A stretch of DNA of 64,000 nucleotides from Candidatus Freyarchaeum deiterrae (GTDB lineage Archaea; Asgardarchaeota; Jordiarchaeia; Jordiarchaeales; Jordiarchaeaceae). The translations under genes were made by a program, and so were the position numbers. The stretch lies in NCBI GenBank assembly GCA_037305845.1, contig CP147778.1:128001-192000 (forward strand). The letters run 5' to 3'. The first letter of the stretch is position 1; each line of letters begins with the position of its first letter. Positions 29,823-40,700 of this stretch are shown here, in pieces. The notes below the pieces were generated by a model. That model was not told where the DNA came from and did not search any database. It was given only the letters and a program-made list of their open reading frames with translations.

Positions 29823-30812
29823 TTAACGGAATCTAGACCTACCAATTTTTGCGTACAATCCGCTTGATGCGGGTGCAGCCTCTTCGCGGATTTCTTTTCC
29901 TGTGTAGAAGAGGAATACATCGTTGAGGGTGGGTTCGTGGAGTGTTAGTGATTGTACACCTATTCCCTGGTCTCTGGCTTCGATGCCGATAGATATTATG
30001 TGTTCCTCACCATTCTCGACAGTTATCTTCACCGAGTCCTCTGTAATCTGTGTGTTTTTCACATAATCAAGTCTGGATACCATGTCAGCCAATTTTTTAG
30101 CAGATTTAGTTTTAACGGTAATCACGTCTCCACCGAGCTGTTTTTTCAGCTCTGACGGGGTTCCCTCAGCCTTTATTTCACCGAGGTCGATTATCGCCAG
30201 TCTGTTGCAGAGTCGATCCGCTTCATCCATGTAGTGGGTGGTTATGATTATGGTCATTTTCTCCTGTTTGGCCAGCTCGTCTATGTAGTCCCATATCTTC
30301 GCACGGGTCTGGGGGTCAAGTCCGATTGTTGGCTCGTCGAGGAAAAGGACTCTGGGCCTGTGTATGAGCCCACGCGCGATTTCGAGACGCCTTCGCATTC
30401 CCCCAGAGTAGGTTCTGACAAGGCTATTGGCTCTGTCTGTGAGTTCGACAAGTTTTAGGGCTTCATCTATTCTCTGTTTTACGTTTTTTTGGGGGACATT
30501 GTAGAGCATTGCGTGTATTTCCATGTTTTCGCGTCCGGTTAGGTTTTCGTCTATGGCGGGGTCTTGGAAGACTACTCCTATTGATTTTCTCACCAGGCTC
30601 TGCTGCTTGACGACGTTGTAGCCGTTCACGTAGGCCGCGCCGGATGTTGGCTCTAGCATGCAGCTCAGCATGGAAAGCAAGGTTGTTTTGCCAGCTCCGT
30701 TTGGACCAAGCAATCCAAATATTTCACCCTCACTAATCTTGAGGTTTACTCCTTTTACGGCGACCAAATCACCATACTTCTTCACAAGATTGCGCGTTAC
30801 TATTATGTTCAT
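29823..30812 (-). CDS. ABC transporter ATP-binding protein (DrrA-like)
   Basis: GPNGAGKTT, YSGGM, LFLDEPT, TTHY, EPTLNDVF. Confidence 0.95.
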   Translation of the reverse strand: MNIIVTRNLVKKYGDLVAVKGVNLKISEGEIFGLLGPNGAGKTTLLSMLSCMLEPTSGAAYVNGYNVVKQQSLVRKSIGVVFQDPAIDENLTGRENMEIHAMLYNVPQKNVKQRIDEALKLVELTDRANSLVRTYSGGMRRRLEIARGLIHRPRVLFLDEPTIGLDPQTRAKIWDYIDELAKQEKMTIIITTHYMDEADRLCNRLAIIDLGEIKAEGTPSELKKQLGGDVITVKTKSAKKLADMVSRLDYVKNTQITEDSVKITVENGEEHIISIGIEARDQGIGVQSLTLHEPTLNDVFLFYTGKEIREEAAPASSGLYAKIGRSRFR

Positions 30813-31181
30813 AGAGACATCACTACCTTCAATTTTGTTGTGCATTTTCAAATTTATTTTTAAGAGTTTATCAAAAATCTATATTTTGTTTATCTTCCAA
30901 AATTATTAGAGTGATACATTCTCCTTTATTTTGAATGAGTCGATTATCTATTGACAAGCCTCTGTCCTGTATTCTCACAAAGATATCCTTCTAAATGATC
31001 GTTTTCTGAAGACTGTACCGAGCCGATTTCACCATAATGCGATTCAGCTTCGGTTTAGTCTCGTTGGGATGAGTGGACTTGAATTGGGGTGTGTCCATTG
31101 TCCCCAGGTTCACAATTGACATATTGTCGCTCATATACATCACCTACCTGCCAGTGAACTTCTTAACTATATTTTCAATCT

Positions 31182-31307
31182 TCATTGCAGCATCTTCAAA
31201 AGTCTTCTTAGCTTCCTCGGCAGCCTCTTCTGAACCTCTTTTAAACTCAATCCCTTTCCCAAATTCGTAGTGAATTGCTTTGAGGATTGGTCATCGACCC
31301 TTTTCAT
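31182..31307 (-). pseudogene. Truncated 5' remnant of a second P3A ATPase gene (within repeat copy B, 31224-31510)
   Basis: MKRVDDQSSKQFTTNLGKGLSLKEVQKR matches MKTVDNKSQKQFTTNLESGLSSKEVQKR, then runs into unrelated sequence and stops after 41 codons. Confidence 0.82.
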
Positions 31308-31720
31308 TGAGACCCGCTCAAACTTGACTTTGGGATTTTAACTTGCAAAATTTCATAACAAATCTAAGCAGCTACGTTTCAATGATTACTAATAAGGGAT
31401 TTGTACCATGATATTATTGTTTTCTACTCGATACCGAGTTATCTTTACCAAACTCTCATTATCCAAATTGAGAATATATAAAGTCAGACCCCATTTTTAG
31501 TATTTTCTCTTCTTTTACTTTGTAGCATAATTAGCTCTGTTTACTTTTGCATTTGTCTCAAAAAAGGGTGCAAAACTTATTTTCTTTCCTCCTCCTATCT
31601 TCTTTCCATTACTGGAGGTCACTAAGAAGCAGTAAGTTTTTAGGAAGCCTCTAAAAGGTAACAGGTGTGTAAATTAATCAAGTTTGAAGGAACCCAAAAA
31701 AAAGAAGGGTGTGAGTGAGT

Positions 31721-34700
31721 TTATCGCTTATTCTCACAGGCGGTAAGTGGTTTCGTGCAGCTAAAGAAGAGAACTCCTCCACCTACAGCGAACACCTGTG
31801 TTGATGTTCCTCCTCTGTGAATCATTAGAATGATTTTTCCGAATTCGCCCTCGCCGTAGTAGAATTCGAATTGCCCCATCTTGATGTGTTTTACAATGTT
31901 CCAAGTAGCTATTTGGTCGCCTACCTGTATTCGAATCATGTGTTCTGAGAGGAATAGGGTAGCGTTCCCTGTGAACCATTGTTTGCCTATTAGAAGACCG
32001 CCGCAGCCCTGGAATGCCTCTTCCATGATGACTGTGGTTGTTTTCGGCGTTTCTTTGTTTCCTGCGTTATCAACGCTGTAGTAGTCTATGGTGTAGGTTC
32101 CGATTGGACCCGTAATGTTGAAGGCTCCAACATACAAAGTCCAGTTGCCGCTGTTTATGCGGTAGTAGGTGTTTGCAACTCCCGAACCCGGAGTAGCGTC
32201 GGTGGCTGTGAGAGCGAAAACCGTGCTGGATGTAACATAGATGCTGCCATTCCCATCAGTGTAGTGGGTTCCAATAATTAACACGGTTGTGGGAGGCGTC
32301 TTATCAATTTTTATTGTTTCAGACTTTGTTGTTTCCACGTTGCCTGCATTGTCTGTTGACCTATAGTATATGGTTGTGATTCCTTCAGCTGTGATGGTGA
32401 ACGGTCCCTTGTAGGTGTTCCAGGTGGTATTGTCGAAGCTGTACTCTGTAATGTTTAAGCCGGAAACGTTGTCGGTTGCCGATAGATAGAAGTTTACATT
32501 TGAGGTGTACCAGCCGTTAAGCCCTGATGTACCGTTCAAACTAATCGCGGTCACAGGAGGCGTCTTATCGATTTTTATTATTTCAGTCTTTGTTGCTTCC
32601 ATGTTGCCTGCGTTGTCCGTTGAGTTATAATAGACTGTCGTGGATCCCTCAGCTGTGAGGGTGAATGGACCAGTGTAAGTGACCCAAGTGGTTCCATCAA
32701 AGCTGTACTCAGTTATGTTTACGCCCGAGGTGTTATCGATTGGCGATAGAGTGACATTCACGTTTGATATGTACCAGCCGTTAAGCCCTAGGACGCCACT
32801 CAAACTGATCGCGGTCACAGGAAGCGTCTTGTCAATCTTGATTGTTTCAGATTTTGCTGTTTCAACGTTGCCTGCGACGTCAATTGATTTGTAGTATACG
32901 GTTGTGACTCCTTCAGCTGTGATGGTCAACGGTTCAGTGTAGGTGTTCCAGGTGGTATTGTCGAAGCTGTACTCTGTCATAGCTATGCCTGAAACATTGT
33001 CATTTGCTGTGAGGTTGATGTCTACGTTTGAGGTGAACCAGCCGTTAAGCCCTGGCGTGCCGCTCAAACTAATCGCGGTCACAGGAGGCGTCATGTCAAT
33101 CATTATTACTTCGGTACTTGTATTCTCCACGTTGCCCGCATTGTCGGTTGAGTTGTAGTACAGGGTGGTGACTCCTTCAGTTGTTATAGTGAAAGGTCCG
33201 GTGTAGATGTTCCAAGTGGTGTTGTCGAAGCTGTACTGTGTCATGTCTACGCCTGAAAGGTCGTCCGACGCTGTTAGATTTACGGTTACAGGTGATACGA
33301 ACCAGCCGTTAAGCCCTGGCGTGCCGCTCAAATCTATGGTGGTTGTTGGTGGTGTCAAATCCGCTATGTATTTAATTGTCGCTTCATTGTTTGTCTCGTT
33401 GGATTCCGTTATAGTGTTTTCGGGGTCGACAACAATGTACAGGTATTCATTTACTGGTGGGTGATACACTGTAAGACTGACGTTCACGGTTTCTCCGGCA
33501 GCAATGTTTAGAATGGTTGCACCGTTTATCATTGTTCCTCCGGTTGCTGGGTCTCCATCGTAGAGTGCAACAACCACTCCGGTGGCTCCAGCTTCGCCTA
33601 TGTTTTGGATCGGCGCAATAATCTTTACATAACCGGGCTTCATCATGATTTCTGGCACCAATACGGTTAGGTCTGGTACTAGTTTAACCACGAGTTCGTC
33701 ATACTGGACATTATTGGTTTCGTTGCTCTCGGCTATGAGGTTCTCTCTGTTCACTACCACGAATACCTGATGAATGCCTTGGGGCGGCGTCCAGACAAAT
33801 GAGGAGGTGTGTGTTCCGCCCATTGGAAGGTTGGTTGTCTCACTGTATATCAGTGTTCCATTAATGTAGGGGTTTCCATCAAAAAATTCAATTAGTACTC
33901 CAGTGGCATCAGCGTTTCCACTGTTTCGTATTTCAGTGGTGATGGTAACATTTTCTCCAGGCAAAAGTTCGTGCCCCGAAAGACTGATTCCGGTTGCTTC
34001 GAGGTCTGGAAGAATCGACATCGTTGTGGATGCTACGTTGTTCTCTTTGTTAAATTCCGCTATTACATTGTTCGGGTCGATTACTACGGTGATGTTGTTC
34101 TGTCCGGCGGCTGCAGTCCAAGCGGTAGAAACTGTGGTGCTATCATTTGAGCCCAGTAGTGGGATTGTTTGGCTGCCTATAAGAACGCTATTGGAGTAGA
34201 ATTGAACGAGAACATTTTCTGCGGAGGTGCCCCCCTGGTTATGGATGGTGGCGGAGATGGTGATTGTTTCACCGGCTGATGGATTGTATTTTGAGAAGGT
34301 GATGTCGGTGGGGGAAACTGTTAGGTCGGGTAGAGTGCTGATGGATTTATACGCTACATTATTGGTTTCGTCTATTTCGCTTATGGATCCAAGTGAGTCT
34401 ATCACTACGTAGATGTTATGCGTACCGGGCTTAGCAATCCAAGGACATGTCACATTTACTTCGCCATCGTAGGGTAGATAATTGATGCGCTGCGTTCCGA
34501 TGAGGAATCCTCCACTGTTTGGATCGCCATCGTAAAAGTCCACACGAACATTATACGCATCCACATCACCTATGTTGCGTACTCTCGCCATAATGTTCAC
34601 GATTTCTCCCTCACTGGGGTAATTGTTTGAGAATGTGATGTCCGAGCTGTCGAGGGCTAGATCGGGTTTGATGGGGTGAGTAAGGTTCGATACTACGCCT

Positions 34701-37700
34701 TCTTTATCCCAGGCTACGAGAAGGTTGTTGCTGGGCTGAGTTATGCATGCTGAAGGCATCCAGTTGGTTTCGTTGTCGTTTGTTAAGTATTTGACTCCGC
34801 TCCAGATTGCGTTGGGGTCGGAGAGGTTCTTGGTGGCGTAGCATATTTGTCCGTTGAAGTAGTTTTCTGTCGCGTTGTATACGAAGCCCCTCCAGACTAT
34901 CACGGCAGTGTTTTTCTGGTCGACGTTTATAGTGGGCTTAGAAATGAAGGAGGGATCCTCGTGAACGATTTCGGGCTCGCTCCAGGTACCCGTCGTATTA
35001 TCCATATAGGCACAGTACAAACTGTAGACACTCTCGTTTCCGCCTACCCAGGTAACCAGTGCGTTGTCGTTTCTGTCAAATGTTACCGATGGGCTTTCTT
35101 TGGTTTCGTTTAGAGTGGTGACTAGGCCTTCTGGACCCCAGCTGGTTCCGTCCCACATTGCGTACATTAGTTGTGTGTCTGAGGTGGTGGATAGGTTGCC
35201 GTCTAGGTCTCTCACCCAGCATGCTATGACTCTTCCTTTCGAGTCGTGTGCTAGAGAGACGCTGTAATCCATAAAGCTATTGTTTGTGAGGGCAGCCTCA
35301 GGTGACCACTGGGTTCCGTCCCACACAGAATAGTATAGGTCCGTGTCATTTGTTGTGCTAATATTACTGTCCGTGTCTCTAACCCAGACTGCTACTACTT
35401 TCCCATCCGGGCCCGCGGTGACAGCGGCTGAACCGTCTGCGAATGTGTTGTTCGTGATTTGTTGGGGTGCGCTCCACGCTGAGCCGTTCCAGATGGAGTA
35501 GACGATCTCTTGGTTTTTAAACAAGTCCACAAGGTTGTCCGATTGTGGGGTTACGTTGCTGGGAACTCTTGACCAAACGGCTATTACATTACCGTTGGAA
35601 TCGTAGGTTAAGGCGGGATCGAAGTTATAATAGTCGTCGTTGGAGACATATCCGGAAGTACCCCAACCTGTGCCATTCCAGGTAGAGTAGCAGATGTTTG
35701 GGTAAGTATTATTGCCATCTGTTCTCCCCTGAACCCATACCATCATAGCGTTTCCATGGTTGTCTGATGCGATTCTTGGACTAGTATAGTTGGTTGCCGA
35801 CGAGGGTTCAACTGGTATTAAACTTGCTGGACTGCGCCATTCCCAGACCACTGTTTGAGGAACAAAGGGTATACCGAATGCCCATGCACTAACTTGTAGT
35901 CTGAGACCGAACAATGGATCACCATAAGAGGACTGAAGATGGGGAGAAGTTTCGTCTTTTGTTTGGTTAAGAACTATGCCTATATTTGTATAGACACTTG
36001 CTTCAATTCTTGCTCCAACAAATAAAGCGTTTAATTCTCCATATAAGGTTCCCCTTAGCATGATGCCAATGTAACTTGCTGTCCAAATTGGATCCAAGCT
36101 ATTACCTACATACTTTTTTTGTGTGGTATAATTAACTCCAATAGAGATGTCCCCGCCAAGCCTAAATCCCAATCCTAGATCTATTTCTGTCGAGCCAAAA
36201 TATAACTTAATGAAGAACCCAAATCCAACTCCCTCACGTTGGGTATAGCTTGCAGTTACGCTTGTTGTCATGATATAGTCTTGGATATTCAGATCGTTAT
36301 CAACTGTGGGTTCTGCCCTGTCAAAACGGCTAACTTCAGCGCCTCCTATGCTTCCCTTATAGGTAGCTTCCATTCGATATTTAGCAACTCCATTTACGTA
36401 GTAAATTAGTGTTTTGTTTAAAGAATATTCGCTCGCGAAACTCAGTGTCTTCAGAGTGTCGCCAAGCCCCGGCAACGCCTGACTAGCATCCTCACCAGTC
36501 TTATCGAGATAGGTGAATTGGTACCCTATTGACTCAATGTTTACTGTAACGTATTTTTGCTCTGCGGGGTACCACTCGATTTGCTGATTGGGCCATTTAA
36601 ACCATTTGGGTAATTCGATTGCATGAATGGTAATGGTTTTCGTCTCTGAGATTAAGCCCAACTGATCGTAGGCTGTTATCTTCAACGTGTTTTGTGATGT
36701 GGTTAGGCTGCCCATGTTGAGTGCGCATTCCCATGAGCCACCACTCACTCTAGTAGCATCATATGTGATACAGTTCAGTTCGAAGACGACCTTTACAACA
36801 AGATCTGGGCCTTCGTTGTCGAGGATTACCGCCGTGAACTTGTTAATCACATCGACTCGAACTATGAAGGTTCCCAAATAATCTGAGCGTTTCCAAACTC
36901 CAAATTCTGAGCTTACGCTTTGTACAGCGGGTCTGGAGGCGTAAATATTTTTCTGCGCCACGTTGTTAGTTTCATCTATTTCTTCAATGGTATTGCCTGG
37001 GTCTACCACGACTTGAACGGTGTGGAATTGATCGAATGTCCAACTCACCGAAACAGTTTTAGATTCACCGTGCAGGAGACCCCCGATTGTTTGATTTGAC
37101 CCTATCTGTGTGCTATTGCCGTTTTCATCTATGTCAAAGAAGATAACCGTAATCGGCCCCGTGTAGTCTGCGCCCAAGTTTGTTACAGTAGCATAAATGT
37201 ATACTGTTCCACCAACTTTCCCCAAGGTGATGTTCTGCGGAGAGATCGCGAAGTCTGGTCCAACAGCGAAGGATACTGATTCGGTGGCATAGTTATGCGC
37301 CATGTCGAAGGCTGTTACGTAAAAGGTGTGATAACCTACAACCAGGCTGAGCGTGTAACTGGTAGTAGTATTTCCCACGTTGATCCAGCTGCCAGCGTCA
37401 AGCTTGACCTCGTAGTGGTCTATGACACCGTTGTCGCTACCAGTCCAGGTGATATCAACACTGGTGACATTAATGAAGGCTCCATTACTGGGTGAGGTTA
37501 TAGTCACGATTGGTGGGAGGGTGTCCGCCATGAATGTTTCCATGTGAGGCGTTGACATATTGACTGTTCTTGGGTTGTTGAAGAACCAGGCTGTGGAATT
37601 CCACACGGTGACGACCGGGGTGCAATCAGTCATTGTATCATTTCCCGTGAATATACTGTAAGGGACAACGATCTGTGGGGTTAAACCATCCAGGTCGGTT

Positions 37701-40700
37701 CTTGGGTCCGAGCCTCCAAAGTGAGGTGTAGCATACCATACCGTTCTATTGGTTTCAACCTTAACATCCACACCCGAAATTGCATAATTTAGAGAATCTG
37801 TGGCGTTCACAAGCAGGTAGTTTCCAAAAAAGCTACCAGTAAAATCATTATTACCGCTGTCAGAAGACCAATAGTATCCCACAGTACAGTTTAAAGCAAT
37901 GTTGCGCGAAAGATTATTGTTTGAGCTTTGGGACAGGTAGAAGCCGCCATTGCTGTTGTTCGCGGTGTTGCCCGAAAGAGTATTGTTCAAGCTTTGGTGC
38001 AAGTAGAAGCCCAAAAGGTTGTTTGTGGCGGTGTTGCCCGAAAGAGTGTTGTTCAAGCTGGAGTGCAGGCTGAAACCGTAGGCGTTGCTGTTTGCAGTGT
38101 TGCCCGAAAGAGTATTGTACGAGCTATTTTCCAAGAAGAAGCCGCAGTAGGCGTTGCTGTTTGCAGTGTTGCCCGAAAGAGTATTGTACGAGCTATTTTC
38201 CAAGAAGAAGCCGCAGTAGGCGTTGCTGTTTGCAGTGTTGCCCGAAAGAGTATTGTACGAGCTATTTTCCAAGAAGAAGCCGCAGTAGGCGTTGCTGTTT
38301 GCAGTGTTGCCCGAAAGAGTATTGTACGAGCTATTTACTAGGTAGAAGCCGTAATAATTGTTTGTGGCGGTGTTGTTTAGGATTGTGTTGCCCTGTGAAT
38401 AGTAAAGGATTAGACCGTTATAGCCCTGTGTTATGGTGTTGTTCTCAATCCAAGTGTTGTCCGCCCTTATTACAAGCCCATTTTCGTCTATCGATGATGA
38501 ACCATATCCACAGTACTCCACTCGGCTGTTGTTCATCTGGAATGTCGCGTTTTCGTACACTATGAAATAGTAGGGGTTAGCCGGGTTTATGGCGGTTATT
38601 ATGGAGGAATCGTTGATGTACATTCCCCCGTAAACCTTGACGCCGTACTGGACCGGGGTGTAGCCGTCATTGACGTTTAGTTTGCATTTGATAAGGTGAA
38701 GCTCACCGGTTTCCGTGATGGTGAGGTCTCCGTCGAGGTTGATGTTGAGGTATTGTGAATAGTTGATTTCGGTTATTGTGGGGTTTGTCCAGGTGATGTT
38801 TGTGTATTGTTGTTGGATGGTTTCCACATGCGAAGTGGACATGTCAACTATTCTTGGATTATTCGAAAATTCGGCTACCGCCCAAGGAGACGAATACCAC
38901 ACCGTGACATGGGTAATGCTCTCAGTCATCTGGTTTATTCCTGTGAATGTCTTGTAAGGGACAGCAATCCAGGGGGTGAGACCGTTAGGGTCGGTGGTGT
39001 CGTTTAAACCCCCGAAAAATGATGTAGCGTACACCGTTGTTCCATCGGTCTCAACCATAATCTCTACGCCAGGGAAAGGAAGCCCCCGAACGTCTGTGAC
39101 TTCCACACGCAGGTAGTTCTCCCAAACACTACCAGTAAAATTATTACTAAAACTGTAGAAAGACCAATAGTATCCCGTGATAAAGTTTATGGCAATGTTA
39201 CCCGAAAGATTATTGTACGAGCTATAGGACAGGTTGAAGCCGGCCCAGCCGCAGCCGAATACGACGTTGTTCGCGGCGGTGTTATTAGAAAGAGTGTTAT
39301 ACGTGCTTCGGTAAAGATAGAAACCGATGCTGCTGTCTGTGGCAGTGTTACCGGAAAGAGTATTATACGAGCTAGAGCTAGGGCTATAGGGCGGGAAGAA
39401 ATAGTACGAGCTAGAGTACAGGTAGAAACCGTAATCAGTGTTGTTGGTTGCGGTGTTACCCGAGATAGTATTATACGAGCCATCCACCAGGTAGAAACCG
39501 GTGCCGCTGTTGTTTGCAGTGTTACCGGAAAGAGTATTATACGAGCTAGAGCTATAGAGCGGGTAGAAACCGTACGAGCTAGAGTACAGGTAGAAACCGT
39601 AATCAGTGTTGTTGGTTGCGGTGTTACCCGAGATAGTATTATACGAGCCATCCACCAGGTAGAAACCGATGCTGCTGTCTGTGGCAGTGTTATCAGAAAG
39701 ATTGTTATTCGAGCTGTCTTCAAGGTAAAAGCCGTAGTTATAGTTGTTGGTTGCGGTGTTACCAGAAAGAGTATTATACGAGCTATCCACCAGGTAGAAA
39801 CCGATGCTGCTGTCTGTGGCAGTGTTATCAGAAAGATTGTTATTCGAGCTGTCTTCAAGGTAAAAGCCGTAGTTATAGTTGTTGGTTGCGGTGTTACCAG
39901 AAAGAGTATTATACGAGCCATCCACCAGGTAGAAACCGTTGTAGCCGTTGTTGTTTGCGGCGTTACCAGAAAGATTGTTGTTCGAGCTGGAGTATAGGCC
40001 GAAGCCGTTGCAGTAGTTGTTTGCGGCGTTACCAGAAAGAGTATTATACGAGCTGTCTTCAAGGTAGAAGCCGTAGTAGAAGACGTAGTAGTAGCCGTAG
40101 TAGTAGCCGTTGTAGTTGTTGTTTGCTGTGTTACCCGAAAGAGTATTGTAAGAGCTGGAGTACAGGCCGAAGCCGTAGTAGTAGTTGTTTGCGGTGTTAC
40201 CAGAAAGAGTGTTATACGAGCTGTCTTCAAGGTAGAAGCCGTAGTAGTAGCCGCCGTAGTAAAGGTAGTAGTAGTTGTTGTTGTTTGCTGTGTTACCCGA
40301 AAGAGTATTGTTCGAGCTGAAGTATAGGCCGAAGCCGTAGTAGTAATTGTTTGCGGTGTTACCAGAAAGAGTGTTATACGAGCTGTCTTCAAGGTAGAAG
40401 CCGTAGTAGTCGCCGGAATAGTACCAGTTGTTGGTGTTGTTTGCGGTGTTACCCGAAAGAATATTGTACGAGCTATAGGACAGGTAGACACCGTAGTAGT
40501 TGTTGTCTACGGTGTTACCCGAAAGAATATTGTACGAGCTGGACTCAAGGTAGACACCGTAGTAGCCGTTGTTGTCTACGGTGTTACCTGAAAGAGTATT
40601 GTTCGAGCCATAGGACAGGTAGACACCGTATTCATTGTTGTTGTTTGCGGTGTTACCCGAAAGAATATTATTGTAAGAGCTATCTACTAGGCAGAAGCCG

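Noticed and set aside
38078-38336. Regular repeats as a CRISPR array
   Set aside because: Units are contiguous 69-bp in-frame coding repeats without unique spacers; no cas genes
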